From the NCBI GenBank assembly GCA_010356995.1, contig ML996691.1:936174-1000173 (forward strand): DNA of 64,000 nucleotides, in the 5' to 3' direction. The position numbers and the translations under genes were made by a program. The notes below the pieces were generated by a model. The model saw only the letters and a program-made list of their open reading frames with translations, did no database searches and was not told the DNA's origin. The DNA is from Trichodelitschia bisporula. Taxonomy: Eukaryota. Shown here piece by piece: positions 50,346-61,703 of this stretch (its first letter is position 1; every line of letters begins with the position of its first letter).

Positions 50346-51610
50346 ATGAAGTCCGCCATCATCCTTTCAGTCCTTACCGCCCTGGCTGGCTCGGCCGCTG
50401 CCATCCCCCACTTGCGCGCCCGGCAAGGTAACCACCCCGCCATCCCGATCCGAGACTAAGCTAACGGCCCCCAGCCGGCGACGGTGGCGGCAAAGTTGCC
50501 GATCCCGCAGGCGTCCCGCCCAGCCGGCAAGAACTGCCCTCCCGCCAGCCCTTCGTGCCCGGCAGCAAGACACTCAAAATCCGCTACGGCGCATACCAGG
50601 TCAATGGGATGATGCAGCGGAACAGCCACGGGCAGCCGGGGATGCTGCATAACTACGCCGACCGGTTTGTGGAGAAGCCGTGCGAGTCTTGCATGGTTAT
50701 TGGAATTAGCGTGGGTTATGAGTATCCGGATGGCCGGGAGGCAAATACCGATACTAATATGTGGTTGCATCATGTGAGTTGGATGAATGGTTGTTGATTA
50801 TGCAGATGCTGATTGCCCCAGATGGTCATGTACAACGAAGGCCAGGACGCCGCCGACGCCACCGCCGTGACCGTCGCGCCGGAGACCTGCGATTCGCACA
50901 CAACCATCGGCTCCACTGCTTCCAAATCCGAACGTTGGTACGCCTCGGGCAACGAGCGCTCGCACAGCGCCTTCAACATGAACCTGCCCAACAACACAAT
51001 CTGGAACGGATACCCGCTGTATCCCTCGGACAATTTCCACTTCAAAATCGAGCTCATGAACATGAACCACGAGGCGCAGATCGGATACGTAACCGTCACG
51101 TACGACATCGTCGAGGGTCATCCGGAGAACTTCCGCGAGATCAAGCCCGTGTGGTTGGATGCGGCGCTGTGCACGGGCACAGGGAGCGAGATCACGGCCC
51201 CGCAGCAAAGTGGCAAGTTTAGCGTTGTTGCTGAGCCGTGGGTTGCGACGTTCGACGGCGCGATTCTGGGGATTGCGGGGCATGTGCATGATGGCGGGGT
51301 AGGGGTACGGTTCGAAGTCGATGGGCAGCATGTGTGCGACTCCGTTGCCACGTATGGCAGCACCTCCGGGAGCATTTCGCCAAAGCCAATGATGGGCGGT
51401 GGGGCTACAGTGCATGTCTCGGCGATGAGCACGTGTATTGGCCCGCTGCTGCCGGTGAAGGAGCTCAAGAAGGGGCAGAAGTGGACGCTGATTGCGGACT
51501 ATGACTACGATAAGCATCTTGGCATTTTGGAGGAGGATGGGAAGCAGAGCGATATCATGGGTATCGCGCTGCTGTTCGCTCTTCGCAGTGATAAGAGGCA
51601 GGCGTCGTAG
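50346..51610 (+). CDS. Secreted SURNod19-like protein (putative PHM/PNGase-F-fold copper protein), 3 exons
   Basis: Signal peptide. Motifs KIRYG, MWLHH, ASGNER, ELMN, GHVHDGG, VCDSVATYG, VSAMSTC, DIMGIA. Introns at about 50428-50474 and 50774-50821. Confidence 0.8.
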
Positions 51611-52341
51611 ATGGGTGTGAGATAGCGCTTGGCATTTAGATATAGAAAAGGGGTACTGGGCGGAGGCTTTAGATACAGCATTTAATCAGTTCAATTCTCA
51701 GGGAGTTCTCTCCTTACCACGCAGGTCCATCCTCCGTACAATCAGCCAAGCGCTCATGGCAGTCCAAGTCAGCGCCCTGAGGGTGACATCCGCTCGATTT
51801 AATTCAAGAAGCGGACGTGCCACCCTGCCAGACCGTAGGGTGTTAAGTAGTTCGTCCGAACTGGAGGTGGCCGACTCCGGGTGATGAGGAAAATAGTTGG
51901 AGAGAATGCTCGGCGCCCTAAAAGAACTTGTTTCCTGCTGTGAGCTGTAACGCGTGTAGGCCGCCTGCTGCCCAAGTTAAGTATTCCTTACGGCCTTCTG
52001 GCCCCCCATGAACGGCAGCTTTCAGAATCCAGATGAGATGCGGAGTGAACCGTTGCGTAGAATCATCGCCGGTGCCTTGAAGTGCTTCCCAGCCCTCCAA
52101 ATTCAAATGGACCAAAGGCAAACTCCACAGTCGATGAAAAAGCACCAGCGTCACAAAGCACAGAACCATGAAAACGGAGAAGGATAGCGAGACACTGCGA
52201 GTGTCCTCGGCAAATGTTCCGAATGGCGTTCTTGATTAACCTGATATCGTTACCCTTGTCGTCAATTGTAGCTCCAGCACCGAGACACCGAAGCTGTGGT
52301 CGCTAAGTCGTAAACTTAGATCGTGGAATTAATCGTCATGA

Positions 52342-52959
52342 TCATGGCTCCCCCTTGTCGTTCCGAGCATCGATTCCCAGGTTGGAAAGCTGCCGCAGAA
52401 GCTCGTTCATGCGAATGACTTTTTCGAATTGCTCTGGCAGCAAATCGGCTCCCTGATCCTTTTTCTCCTTGAGCTCACGCGCTTGCCTTAGCTTCTTCAT
52501 CAACTTCTTGACTTCCTTCTCTTTATCTTTCTCCGGATCTGCTACTTCTGTCGAAGGCTCCGCTGCGGCGGTTGAACCGGCCGCACCGGCTTGCTCGGAG
52601 TTGGCCTTGGTCTTGTCCTCTTTCCCTTCTCCTCCGGGGAATTCGGGCGCCGACGTAGCCGCCTTTTTGCGAGCTTGTTTACGTTTGCGGTTTTTGCTCG
52701 AAGCAGCAGATTCCTTTGCCGGGTCGCTAGCTAACTCTGCGCCGGGAACGCCGGGCTTGCCACTATTCTTCCAGGCTTGAGCGGTCGGGTTCCGGTAGAC
52801 TTCGACGTCCTCCGGAGGACGGTAACCGGGACGTATGCGGATCTCTTTTCTGACAGAGCCATCGGGACGCACTGAAGAGGGTATTGTGCGCGTTCCGTCC
52901 TCGGAGACTGTGATACCCGCCTTGGAGGGGGTTGATGTGGGAGAGCCCCCAGGGGCCAT
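52342..52959 (-). CDS. PYM1: Partner of Y14 and Mago (WIBG/PYM, exon-junction-complex disassembly factor)
   Basis: Mago-binding motif IPSSVRPDGSVRKEIRIRPGYRPPEDVEVY; C-terminal KKLRQARELKEK...LLPEQFEKV. Confidence 0.9.
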   Translation of the reverse strand: MAPGGSPTSTPSKAGITVSEDGTRTIPSSVRPDGSVRKEIRIRPGYRPPEDVEVYRNPTAQAWKNSGKPGVPGAELASDPAKESAASSKNRKRKQARKKAATSAPEFPGGEGKEDKTKANSEQAGAAGSTAAAEPSTEVADPEKDKEKEVKKLMKKLRQARELKEKKDQGADLLPEQFEKVIRMNELLRQLSNLGIDARNDKGEP

Positions 52960-53467
52960 GGCGATGGTGGGATTGAGGGAGCCGAGTGTGGTGCTCCGAG
53001 TACGTACGAGGACCTCTCTGCCAGTCGCGTGGTTTGGCTGGCAGAGCGACGAGGGCTGCTGCGCAAGCGAGTGTGATAGGCAAACACCGTTCGGGACAAG
53101 CTAAGGTGAGGGGTTAGAGATGTCAAACATGGGAAAACATAAGATAGATGCCTGACAAATGAAGCTTGGGATGAGCACTTACGCTTGCTAAAAGCTGGCG
53201 AAATGTCTATGAGCGGTAGAAAATGGTGAACGTGTTCGATGCAGGTGGTTTGTTTCGTCGCAGGACTTCGATCGGCAACAAAGGCCAAGGGCAAGTGGTC
53301 GTCGCGAGCCCGCAGGACCCCAAGAAAGAACCCGGGACCTCCCGCCCAATCAGATGCTGTCCAAAGGCGCAACTTTGAACTCTCGGCGCTCTTCTTCACC
53401 TTGAATCTCTCCGCACAACACCCGTCTACTCCACCGAAAGGCACATTGCCACTGCACAAGCGCAACA

Positions 53468-53879
53468 ATGTCCGGCGTACGTCTTGCTTCCCACTCTCCT
53501 AACCTGTAGGCTTTGCTAATTGATCCTTTGCAGGCCACTTCAGCCATCTACAAGTGCGCCCGTCCCCTTCGCTCAACCGCTCGGCAGTACTGACACCCAC
53601 CCGCAGCTCCATCTTCCGCAGCAATGCGACTATGCTAGGGGCCGTGTTCGTGTCGGCATTCGGCATTCAAATGTGCGCACCACAGCTTACGACCGCCTCG
53701 AACTACATTGACTGTTGATAGGGCCTTTGATACCGGGTCAAGCAAGGTCTGGGATACCGTGAACCGAGGTGTACGTGGATTCTTCGGAAACAGCATTCAA
53801 TTACTGACCACTGCAGCGGCAATGGAAGGATATCAAGCAGAAGTACATCACGAAGCCCGAGGAGGATGAGGAAGAATAG
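53468..53879 (+). CDS. QCR9: Cytochrome b-c1 complex subunit 9, 5 short exons (missed by the ORF track)
   Basis: Spliced product MSG-ATSAIYN-SIFRSNATMLGAVFVSAFGIQM-AFDTGSSKVWDTVNRG-RQWKDIKQKYITKPEEDEEE* with four GT-AG introns. Confidence 0.92.
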
Positions 53880-54792
53880 GGTGCCGGCCGATAGCCAAGA
53901 CGCCCCTCTGGGTGCAAAGCTAGACACTTAGATCTCACGGGAGTGTAACATAGGTGTGGCGTCTGCGAATACCACTTTGGTTCTGCCCAAGAATCTTGTT
54001 TCGCTCCGGTACCAGCATGCTAGTAATGCGCGATGATGGCTAATCGGGATGGAATTCTACACTATGCCTACAAGACGGGTATGCATTCATTACCCTACAT
54101 GTCACGTTGTAGATGCGGAGGCACTCTTGGGCTCTAGTCTTAGAAATCCAGGGCCCAAGCTAGACTTGATGAGCTCGGATATGGTCGGATGGCATGATTT
54201 CCGCAACTGTATAGTTGCCGAAAAGAGGTACTGTATTGCCCCTAGCAGTGGATGTTAGGATAGGATGAAAGTGTTGTTTAACTCGCAGGAGTGACCGGAA
54301 TCTCGAGTGACCAGTAAAAATGGGACAAAGGTTAGCGACCAGTTTGATCTCGTTGCGGTTGTGCCATGAGATCTTATGCTATTGCAAGCGGTGCTTCCCC
54401 ATTGCGATGACACAGCTGCGGCAGGTCCCCGGCGCTAGAACTAGTGGTCACCTCGAATTCCGCTGGAAGGCGGCAAACTCCCCCAAGCAACGCCCCCTCA
54501 CCTCAGTTGCCTGCGCTCACCACGCTCCATCATCCCTCAATAAATTTCGTAACTCCCGATTCTGCCTAGATGCAGCTGTGTTCTACTCCTTCACTACATC
54601 CGTACATCACACAAAGCTCCCGTGAAATCTTTGCTGCATTCACCCACAGAGTCGCCGCCCTCCGGGCTCAAACCCCCACCAACGCCACATTTCCCACGCG
54701 CCTGCGAACACGTCCCTAACTCCGTGTCGTCAGCCCCTCAGTTACATTTTACCGTGCTTTCATAGCATGTGCTGCAGATACCTGCAGGCACT

Positions 54793-57700
54793 ATGAATTT
54801 GACATACGAAGACCTGCTCTGCCAACATCTCCAGTCATTGCCGGCAGAGTTCGGCAACCGCTACTCCACCGAAGCTACGAATCGTCTCATCCAGCTCCTC
54901 TTCTCTTCGCTTTTCGCCCACTCGAAAGATTACGTCCACCTCTTCTTCCCGAACGGTCCCCCATCGGCGGAGAGCGGTCGTAGATGGAGCCTTCGCGAAG
55001 CGCAAGGCGCCATCGAGGGCGCTGAATACTCCGAGGCGGCGCGCGGCCATCCCTGCGGGCATATCTTCAAGTACGGCGAAGCCACCTACAGATGCCGGAC
55101 GTGTACGGCAGATGACACTTGCGTCTTGTGCGCTAGATGTTTCGAGGCCTCCGACCACGAAGGCCACAATGTCTTCGTTAACCTTTCCCCGGGCAACGCG
55201 GGCTGCTGCGACTGCGGAGATACGGAGGCATGGCTGCGGCCTGTGAACTGCTCGATACACACGGCACAACTGGGAACAGAGTCGAAGGCGGCAGGAAAGG
55301 CTAAAGAGGGCTCATCGCTGCCGCCGGATCTTGTCAACGCCATCCAGATGACTATCGCGCGTGCCCTCGACTACCTCTGCGATGTTTTCTCGTGCTCACC
55401 CGAGCAGCTTCGTCTTCCGAAGACTGAGAGCTCGGTCTTTGACGACGAGCGACAGTCACGCCTCCCCCGTCAGACCTACGGTGGACCGTACACTACGCCA
55501 GAGGCCGACACCGAGTTCGCCTTGATACTTTGGAATGATGAGAAGCACACAGTGAACGACGTCCGCGACCAGGTCGCCCGTGCCTGCAGAATGGCACTGA
55601 GCAAGGGACTGGAGAAGGCCCACGAGGTCAATGATATTGGCCGAAGCGTTGTCATCTTCTCCAAGGACCTGCCTGGTCTGTTGCAGATGGCTAAGATCAT
55701 CGAACAGCCCAAACTTACGGTGACGGTGCGGTCTGCTAGGGACACTTTTCGGGAGCAAATGTGCGCCACCATCGTCGAGTGGATTTCGGACATAGCCGGC
55801 TGCAGTGTTGGGCAGGATCCCAATATTCTTCGGGACACTATTTGTGAGGAGCTGCTTAAGGGATGGAGGATAGGCAGCGAGGCGCACCACAAAAGCATCG
55901 GCAAGGACGGAATCGATGACCATGAAGTTGAGGATATTTCAGAGGAATTTCTGCGCATTCATGGCCGCTATCCGCCGAATGGCGCCCGCGTGCGTCGTAT
56001 ATGGCGGCTTGGGGCAGGCGGTGGGGACGTTGAAGATTCGGACGGCGACCCGGACGAAGATGAGCCTGCAGACGATGACGAGGAAATGGATGTTGACGAG
56101 GTGGAAGGTGGCGACCAGGAACTGGAGATGGTTGACGATATTGACGATGCGCTCGAGACGTCGGAGGCCACGTTCGCAGGTTATCCGCCACCACCTCCCC
56201 CACCGCCAAACCCAGCGCGACGCAACACCGGTTCGGGGTCTGTGGCCGCTGACGACGCCGATCAAAATCCTGCTCTTATGAGTGTCCCCAAGACGCCGAA
56301 GATAAACCAGAGATCGTTGCGGAACCCCAGGCCGCCGCGCTACTGGCTCGAGAAGCCAGAAGGCTACAGCCGTCGTGCGGGAATCGGTCTCGCCGAAGAC
56401 TTGTGGAAGCGCGTGAGGCTTGACTACCTCATCCTATTTGATCTCCGCATGTGGAAGAAGCTGCGGACAGATCTACGCGATGTGTTCATCAGTACTGTTG
56501 TGACGTTGCCGTTCTTCAAGCGACTTCTTGGACTCAGATTCGCGGGCGTGTACACGGTTCTAGCGGAGCTATATCTCATTGCTGACCGCGAGCCGGAGCA
56601 TTCCATCATCAGCCTTTCTCTTCAGATGCTTACGACTCCTTCCATCACCGTCGAGATCGTGGAGCGGGGCAATTTTCTCACCAACCTGATGGCCATCCTG
56701 TACACCTTCCTCACCACCAGACAGGTTGGCTATCCATCTGACGTCAACCTTTCCAGTACCTTGGCCTTTGAAGCGGGTGCCGTGACAAACCGCCGCATCT
56801 ACCACTTCTACATGGATATGAAGTACCTCCTCGCCTCCGAGCTGGTGCAAGAACGCATTAAGACGGAAGAGCGGTACCTCATGCAGTTTCTTGACCTGGC
56901 CAAACTTCATCAAGGAATTTGCCCAAATTTCCGCGCTGTTGGTGACCACGTCGAGTACGAAGCGGATACTTGGATTAGCGCGAACCTCATCATCCAAGAA
57001 ATCATCAAGCTCTGTAAGTCACTGTCGGAGTCCTTCGTGGTCCGCTCACAAGAGGACCTCCCCCATCTTTGTCGGGCGATCCGGTACACTGCAAAGACCA
57101 CCACCATCAACTCTCTGGGCTACGAGCGTACGCGCTATGACCAGTCCGAGATCAAGGAAGAGACCCGTTTCAAGACTGTACTGCCTTACGAGTTTGAAGA
57201 AGATCCTGCACCACTCCGCCGCATCGTTGACTATGTGGTCGAGCGAGAACCGATGAGTTTCCATCATGCTCTGCATTACACTCTGTCCTGGCTTATCGAC
57301 CGTGGCAAGAGCATGTCTTCCGGCCATCTTGTAAGGCTGCTTACCTTTTCCGATGTCAATCTTCACCAACCATCGATCCATGCCAATCTTCTGGGTGCCT
57401 CCCAGCCGGAGGAGCGTCTCCTGGCGCTTTTCGACTTCCCGCTCCGGGTTCTCGCGTGGTTGGCTCAGATGAGGGCGGGAATGTGGGTGAGGAATGGAAT
57501 CACACTGCGCCACCAAAGTTCCGCCCATCGTACAGTCCAGCGGGCTCCGCTCTCACACCATCGTGATATCTTCATGGTGCAGGTGGCCCTTGTTGTTTGC
57601 CGTCCGGCGACTGTCCTAGCTTCGATTGTTGATCGGTTCAATGTGACTTCATGGATCACGGGGGATTACCAACAAATCGCTGGACAAGAAGAACAACAGA

Positions 57701-60700
57701 GGATGGATGTAGCGGAGGACTTTGTGCATCTCCTCATCGTACTGCTGAGCGACCGGACCAACCTCATCCCTCTTGAAGACGATCCTCATCCGCAGGTGTC
57801 AACCGCTCGTCGGGATATCATTCATGCGCTCTGCTTCAAGCCCCTCCTCTATTCCGAATTGACGAGTAAAATGGCCGACAAGCTCTCTGAGTCGGAAGAG
57901 TTTGACAAATTACTTGACGAGCTAGCGGTATACAAGCCGCCGGAAGGTCTGTCGGATTACGGCACTTTTGCGCTCAAGCCGCAGTTCCTGGAGGAACTGG
58001 ACCCGTACCTGACTCAATTCAGCCGCAACCAGCGCGACGAGGCCGAAAACATTTACCGAAAGTACCTGGCTGAGAAGACCGGAACCCCACAGTCTGAAGT
58101 CGTCTATGAGCCACGACTCCGACCTATCAAGTCCGGACTGTTCAAGAATCTCTCCGGCGTTACTAGGCAACCCCTTTTCGCTCAGATCATATTTTATCTG
58201 CTGCAATACGCCATGGTCGCGGATCGGTTCGAGACTAATAACATCCCCGCAACCAAAGTTGAGCAGTTCTTGCAGTTTGTTTTGCATCTGACTCTCATTG
58301 CGGTTCTTGAAGATGATGAGGCCGATGAGTCTATGCAGGAACATGCTGGAACGAATTCTTTCTGCCATATCGCCTTAACAAAGCATGCCAAGATTACCGT
58401 CTCCGGTGAGACAACTATCGCCGGTCTACTGCGTCGTATCTCGGAGACCGACACGCTTAAATTCTGCGAGGCGAAGGCGCGTCGTGTGCTCCGCCATCTG
58501 CGACACAGGCGGCCTGTTGAGTACCAAACGTGGATGAACAGGATGAACCTGCCTGTAGAGCGGTCCACTGAGCCGTCGCCCGCACCGTCATCTGAGAACA
58601 AGGAGTTGAAGAAAAAGCAGGCACTTGAGCGACAAGCTCGCGTCATGGCACAGTTCAAGCAGCAGCAAAACAGCTTCTTGCAGAACCAATCGATGGACTG
58701 GGTAGATGATTACACCAGCGAGGATGACGATTTTGCCACGCCTCCGGAGGAGGAAGAGGAAGAGCAATGGAAATACCCCACCGGATCTTGCATTCTTTGT
58801 CAAGAGGATGTGACCGACGAGAAGCTCTACGGCACGTTCGCGCTCATGAATGAAAGCCGCATTTTCCGCCAGACTGACGTCACCGACGATGACTGGGTTC
58901 GGGAAGTTATGATGTCGCCGCTCAGCTTGGATCGCGATGCCGAACCTGTGCGTCCTTTTGGCGTTGCTGGCCAGAATCGCTACAAGTTGCACAAGGTCAC
59001 TTCAGATGGCAAGGTCGTCGAACTCGAGAGACAGGGACTGGCCAAAGGCTTCCCTTGCACGCACACAAAGCGTGGTCCGGTTGCTACCGGCTGTGGGCAC
59101 ATCATGCACTTCACCTGCTTCGACATCTATATTCAGGCCGTGCTCCGCAGGCACTCCACTCAAATTGCTCGGAATCAGCCCGAACGGGTAGACCTCAAGG
59201 AGTTTCTCTGTCCTCTGTGCAAAGCACTCGGTAACGCCTTTCTGCCGATCATTTGGAAGGGCAAAGCCATTCAGTATCCCGGCGTCCTTCGACCAGATGC
59301 ATCCTTTGACAACTTCCTCTCCAACCAGATCGGTATCCAGATCTCAAAGTTAGGGAAGGGACCGGAGCGAGCCGGACCGGAGCGAGCTGACATGCGAACT
59401 GTCATGGGGGAGTCGGTTCCGCTTCAACGCTTGGAGCAGTTGTTCCTGGATTATGGCAACAAAGAGATGATCCCCACCCTTGCCTCCAAGTTGCCTGAGC
59501 TGGTGCAATCATTTGCCTCCAATCAGACTGCCCCGACATCATCGGCGCGGCCGACGGGAATCAACCAAGGCACCCCGTTCTTCAATATCCTAACAAACAC
59601 TGGGGATTTCCTCAACGTCGGTCCTCCGCCACCTGAACCGGCCAACACGGGGCTGACGCCGCCCATGCTGGAGCTGGTTAAAACCTACCACCGCCTTCGC
59701 GAGACGATGAGAGTCAACGGGCTTGGCTCGCAGTTCATGTATCCGCTGAACAACGTCCAGGACGACCTTACATTTACCGATACGCTTGCAAAATCGCTGG
59801 GCTACTCGATCGCCGCGGCAGAGATTGCACAGCGGGGTGTCGAATCGGAGCATGATGTCACATTCCTGGACAAGATATCGTCGCAAACTCTTACTCACCT
59901 CCGAATCTTGTCCGAGACTGTTACATCTTTCACCGCCATCGGCGGCCTTCGGCATGGGGGAGCAAACCTTACAAACCGCGAGTTCTTTGAGAGCCAGCTG
60001 AGACAGATGCGGCAGTTGTTCGTCGGACATCCTGACGTTTGCGATATTTCGCGGTTGAAAAGCGATGAGTCTGGTCAAATGCAGAATACGGCCTCATTAA
60101 TGACTCTGGACCCGTTCATATTCCTGTCTGAGTGTGCGGCCTGCCTCGTGCCGGCACTGCACCTCGATATCCACCACGTCATGCGCCTTTGCTACATTGC
60201 TGAACTCGTTCGTGTTGTCCTTGCATTCCGAAACTACAACGTCCAAATGGCAGATCGCGACATTGTCAGTCGACTGGAAAGGGATGCGGGTGATATACCG
60301 GACACATTCAATCGCTTCGTCCAGGGCATCGTTCAAGGATGGGAGGAGGTGCAGACCACCAACAGGGCACCTCAAAAGCTTGATTTGAATGCCCAACCCG
60401 TACTTCAAGTACCGGCCGTGCTCTACAAGTTCGCGCAGACCTACGCTCTCAGTTTTGTCCGCAAGTGCGCCATCCTCATGCAGGTCCGCTACGGCGTTGA
60501 GTTCCCACGCAACAGTGCACACCCCGATGACACAGAGTTAACGCGTCTATCGCGCGCACTTCGACTGCCGCAGTTCGATGATATGATCTCGGAGGTCATT
60601 GCGTCGGAATCCACAAAGTACATCATATTTGGCTGGATGTGGCACTACGCCCTGGTGCGTGAGGGGCGGCCATCGTCACGCCTCGCCCTGTCGCTGGGCC

Positions 60701-61222
60701 ACCCGTGCATCTTCGAGCTCGTAGGCTTGCCGAAGAATTTTGATACGCTGCAGGACGAAGCAATGAGACGGCGCTGCCCGAAGACCGGGAAGGAGCAGAC
60801 GGATCCGGTGGTGTGCTTGTTCTGCGGGGAGATCTTCTGCAGCCAAGCGATTTGCTGCGCGACCGACAATGGGGCGCTTGGTGGTTGCTACAATCACCGG
60901 TCTAAGTAGGTTTCCTTTTGCTTTTGTGACTTTGGACTTTTACTGACGGGACAGGTGTGGCGGCACGATTGGCATGTTCATCAACATCCGCAAGTGCATG
61001 GTGATTTGCTTGAACAACAAGAACGGTAGCTGGACCATCGCACCGTATCTGGACAAGCACGGTGAGGCAGACCCGACGCTGCGGCGGCATCACCAGCTGT
61101 TCTTAAACCAGCGCCGGTATGACGTACTGCTCCGGACGATGTGGTTGCAGCACCTGGTGCAGAGTACGATTGCACGGAAGCTGGAGGGTGATACGAATAA
61201 CGGAGGCTGGGAGACGTTGTAG
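54793..61222 (+). CDS. UBR1: N-end rule E3 ubiquitin ligase (UBR box, ClpS-like domain, RING-H2), 2 exons
   Basis: UBR box CGHIFKYGEATYRCRTC...CCDCGD.EAW, LWNDEKH, GMWVRNG, RING CILCQE...CGHIMHFTC...CPLCK, APYLDKHGE. Intron at about 60906-60954. Confidence 0.97.
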
Positions 61223-61703
61223 GTTCCTGATGTGCATAGCCGGGAGGCGTTCTGTAATTCGGGATTGGGCCCGGTTTCGGCAATGAAGTGCTTCGAGTGA
61301 TGTCTCCGATGATAGAGTTCCATACCCTTACGATTGCCTTTTGTACCACGCCTTTTCGGCGAGGAATGGTGGTTGATGGTTGCCTGAGAGGGGACTTCAG
61401 ATGTCCATACGCAATGCGAATGATCAGATTTGAAATGGATCGATAGCCGTACTCTATTGCTAGACTTTCAGGCAGAGCAAAGAGAAGAGCAATATGTTGG
61501 CCTGAAATTTTTGTTGTACTGCGCAGTGGAAAGCATCTATCAGTCCTTCGGCTGATTTGGATGGTGAGACCGTGACCACACGACGCGCCCCAGACCCCTG
61601 CCACACGCGTCTTCAATTATCGCCTCAGCGTACGTCCTCTTCCAACCACAACCATCAACCTCCTTCTTCCAATTAACGACTTACACTTCCACAAGAGCTC
61701 ACC

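Noticed and set aside
59359..59387. 15-bp duplication in UBR1 (GPERAGPERA), and TPQ repeats in ATG7 near 33928-33956
   Set aside because: Small in-frame slippage duplications in probable loop regions.
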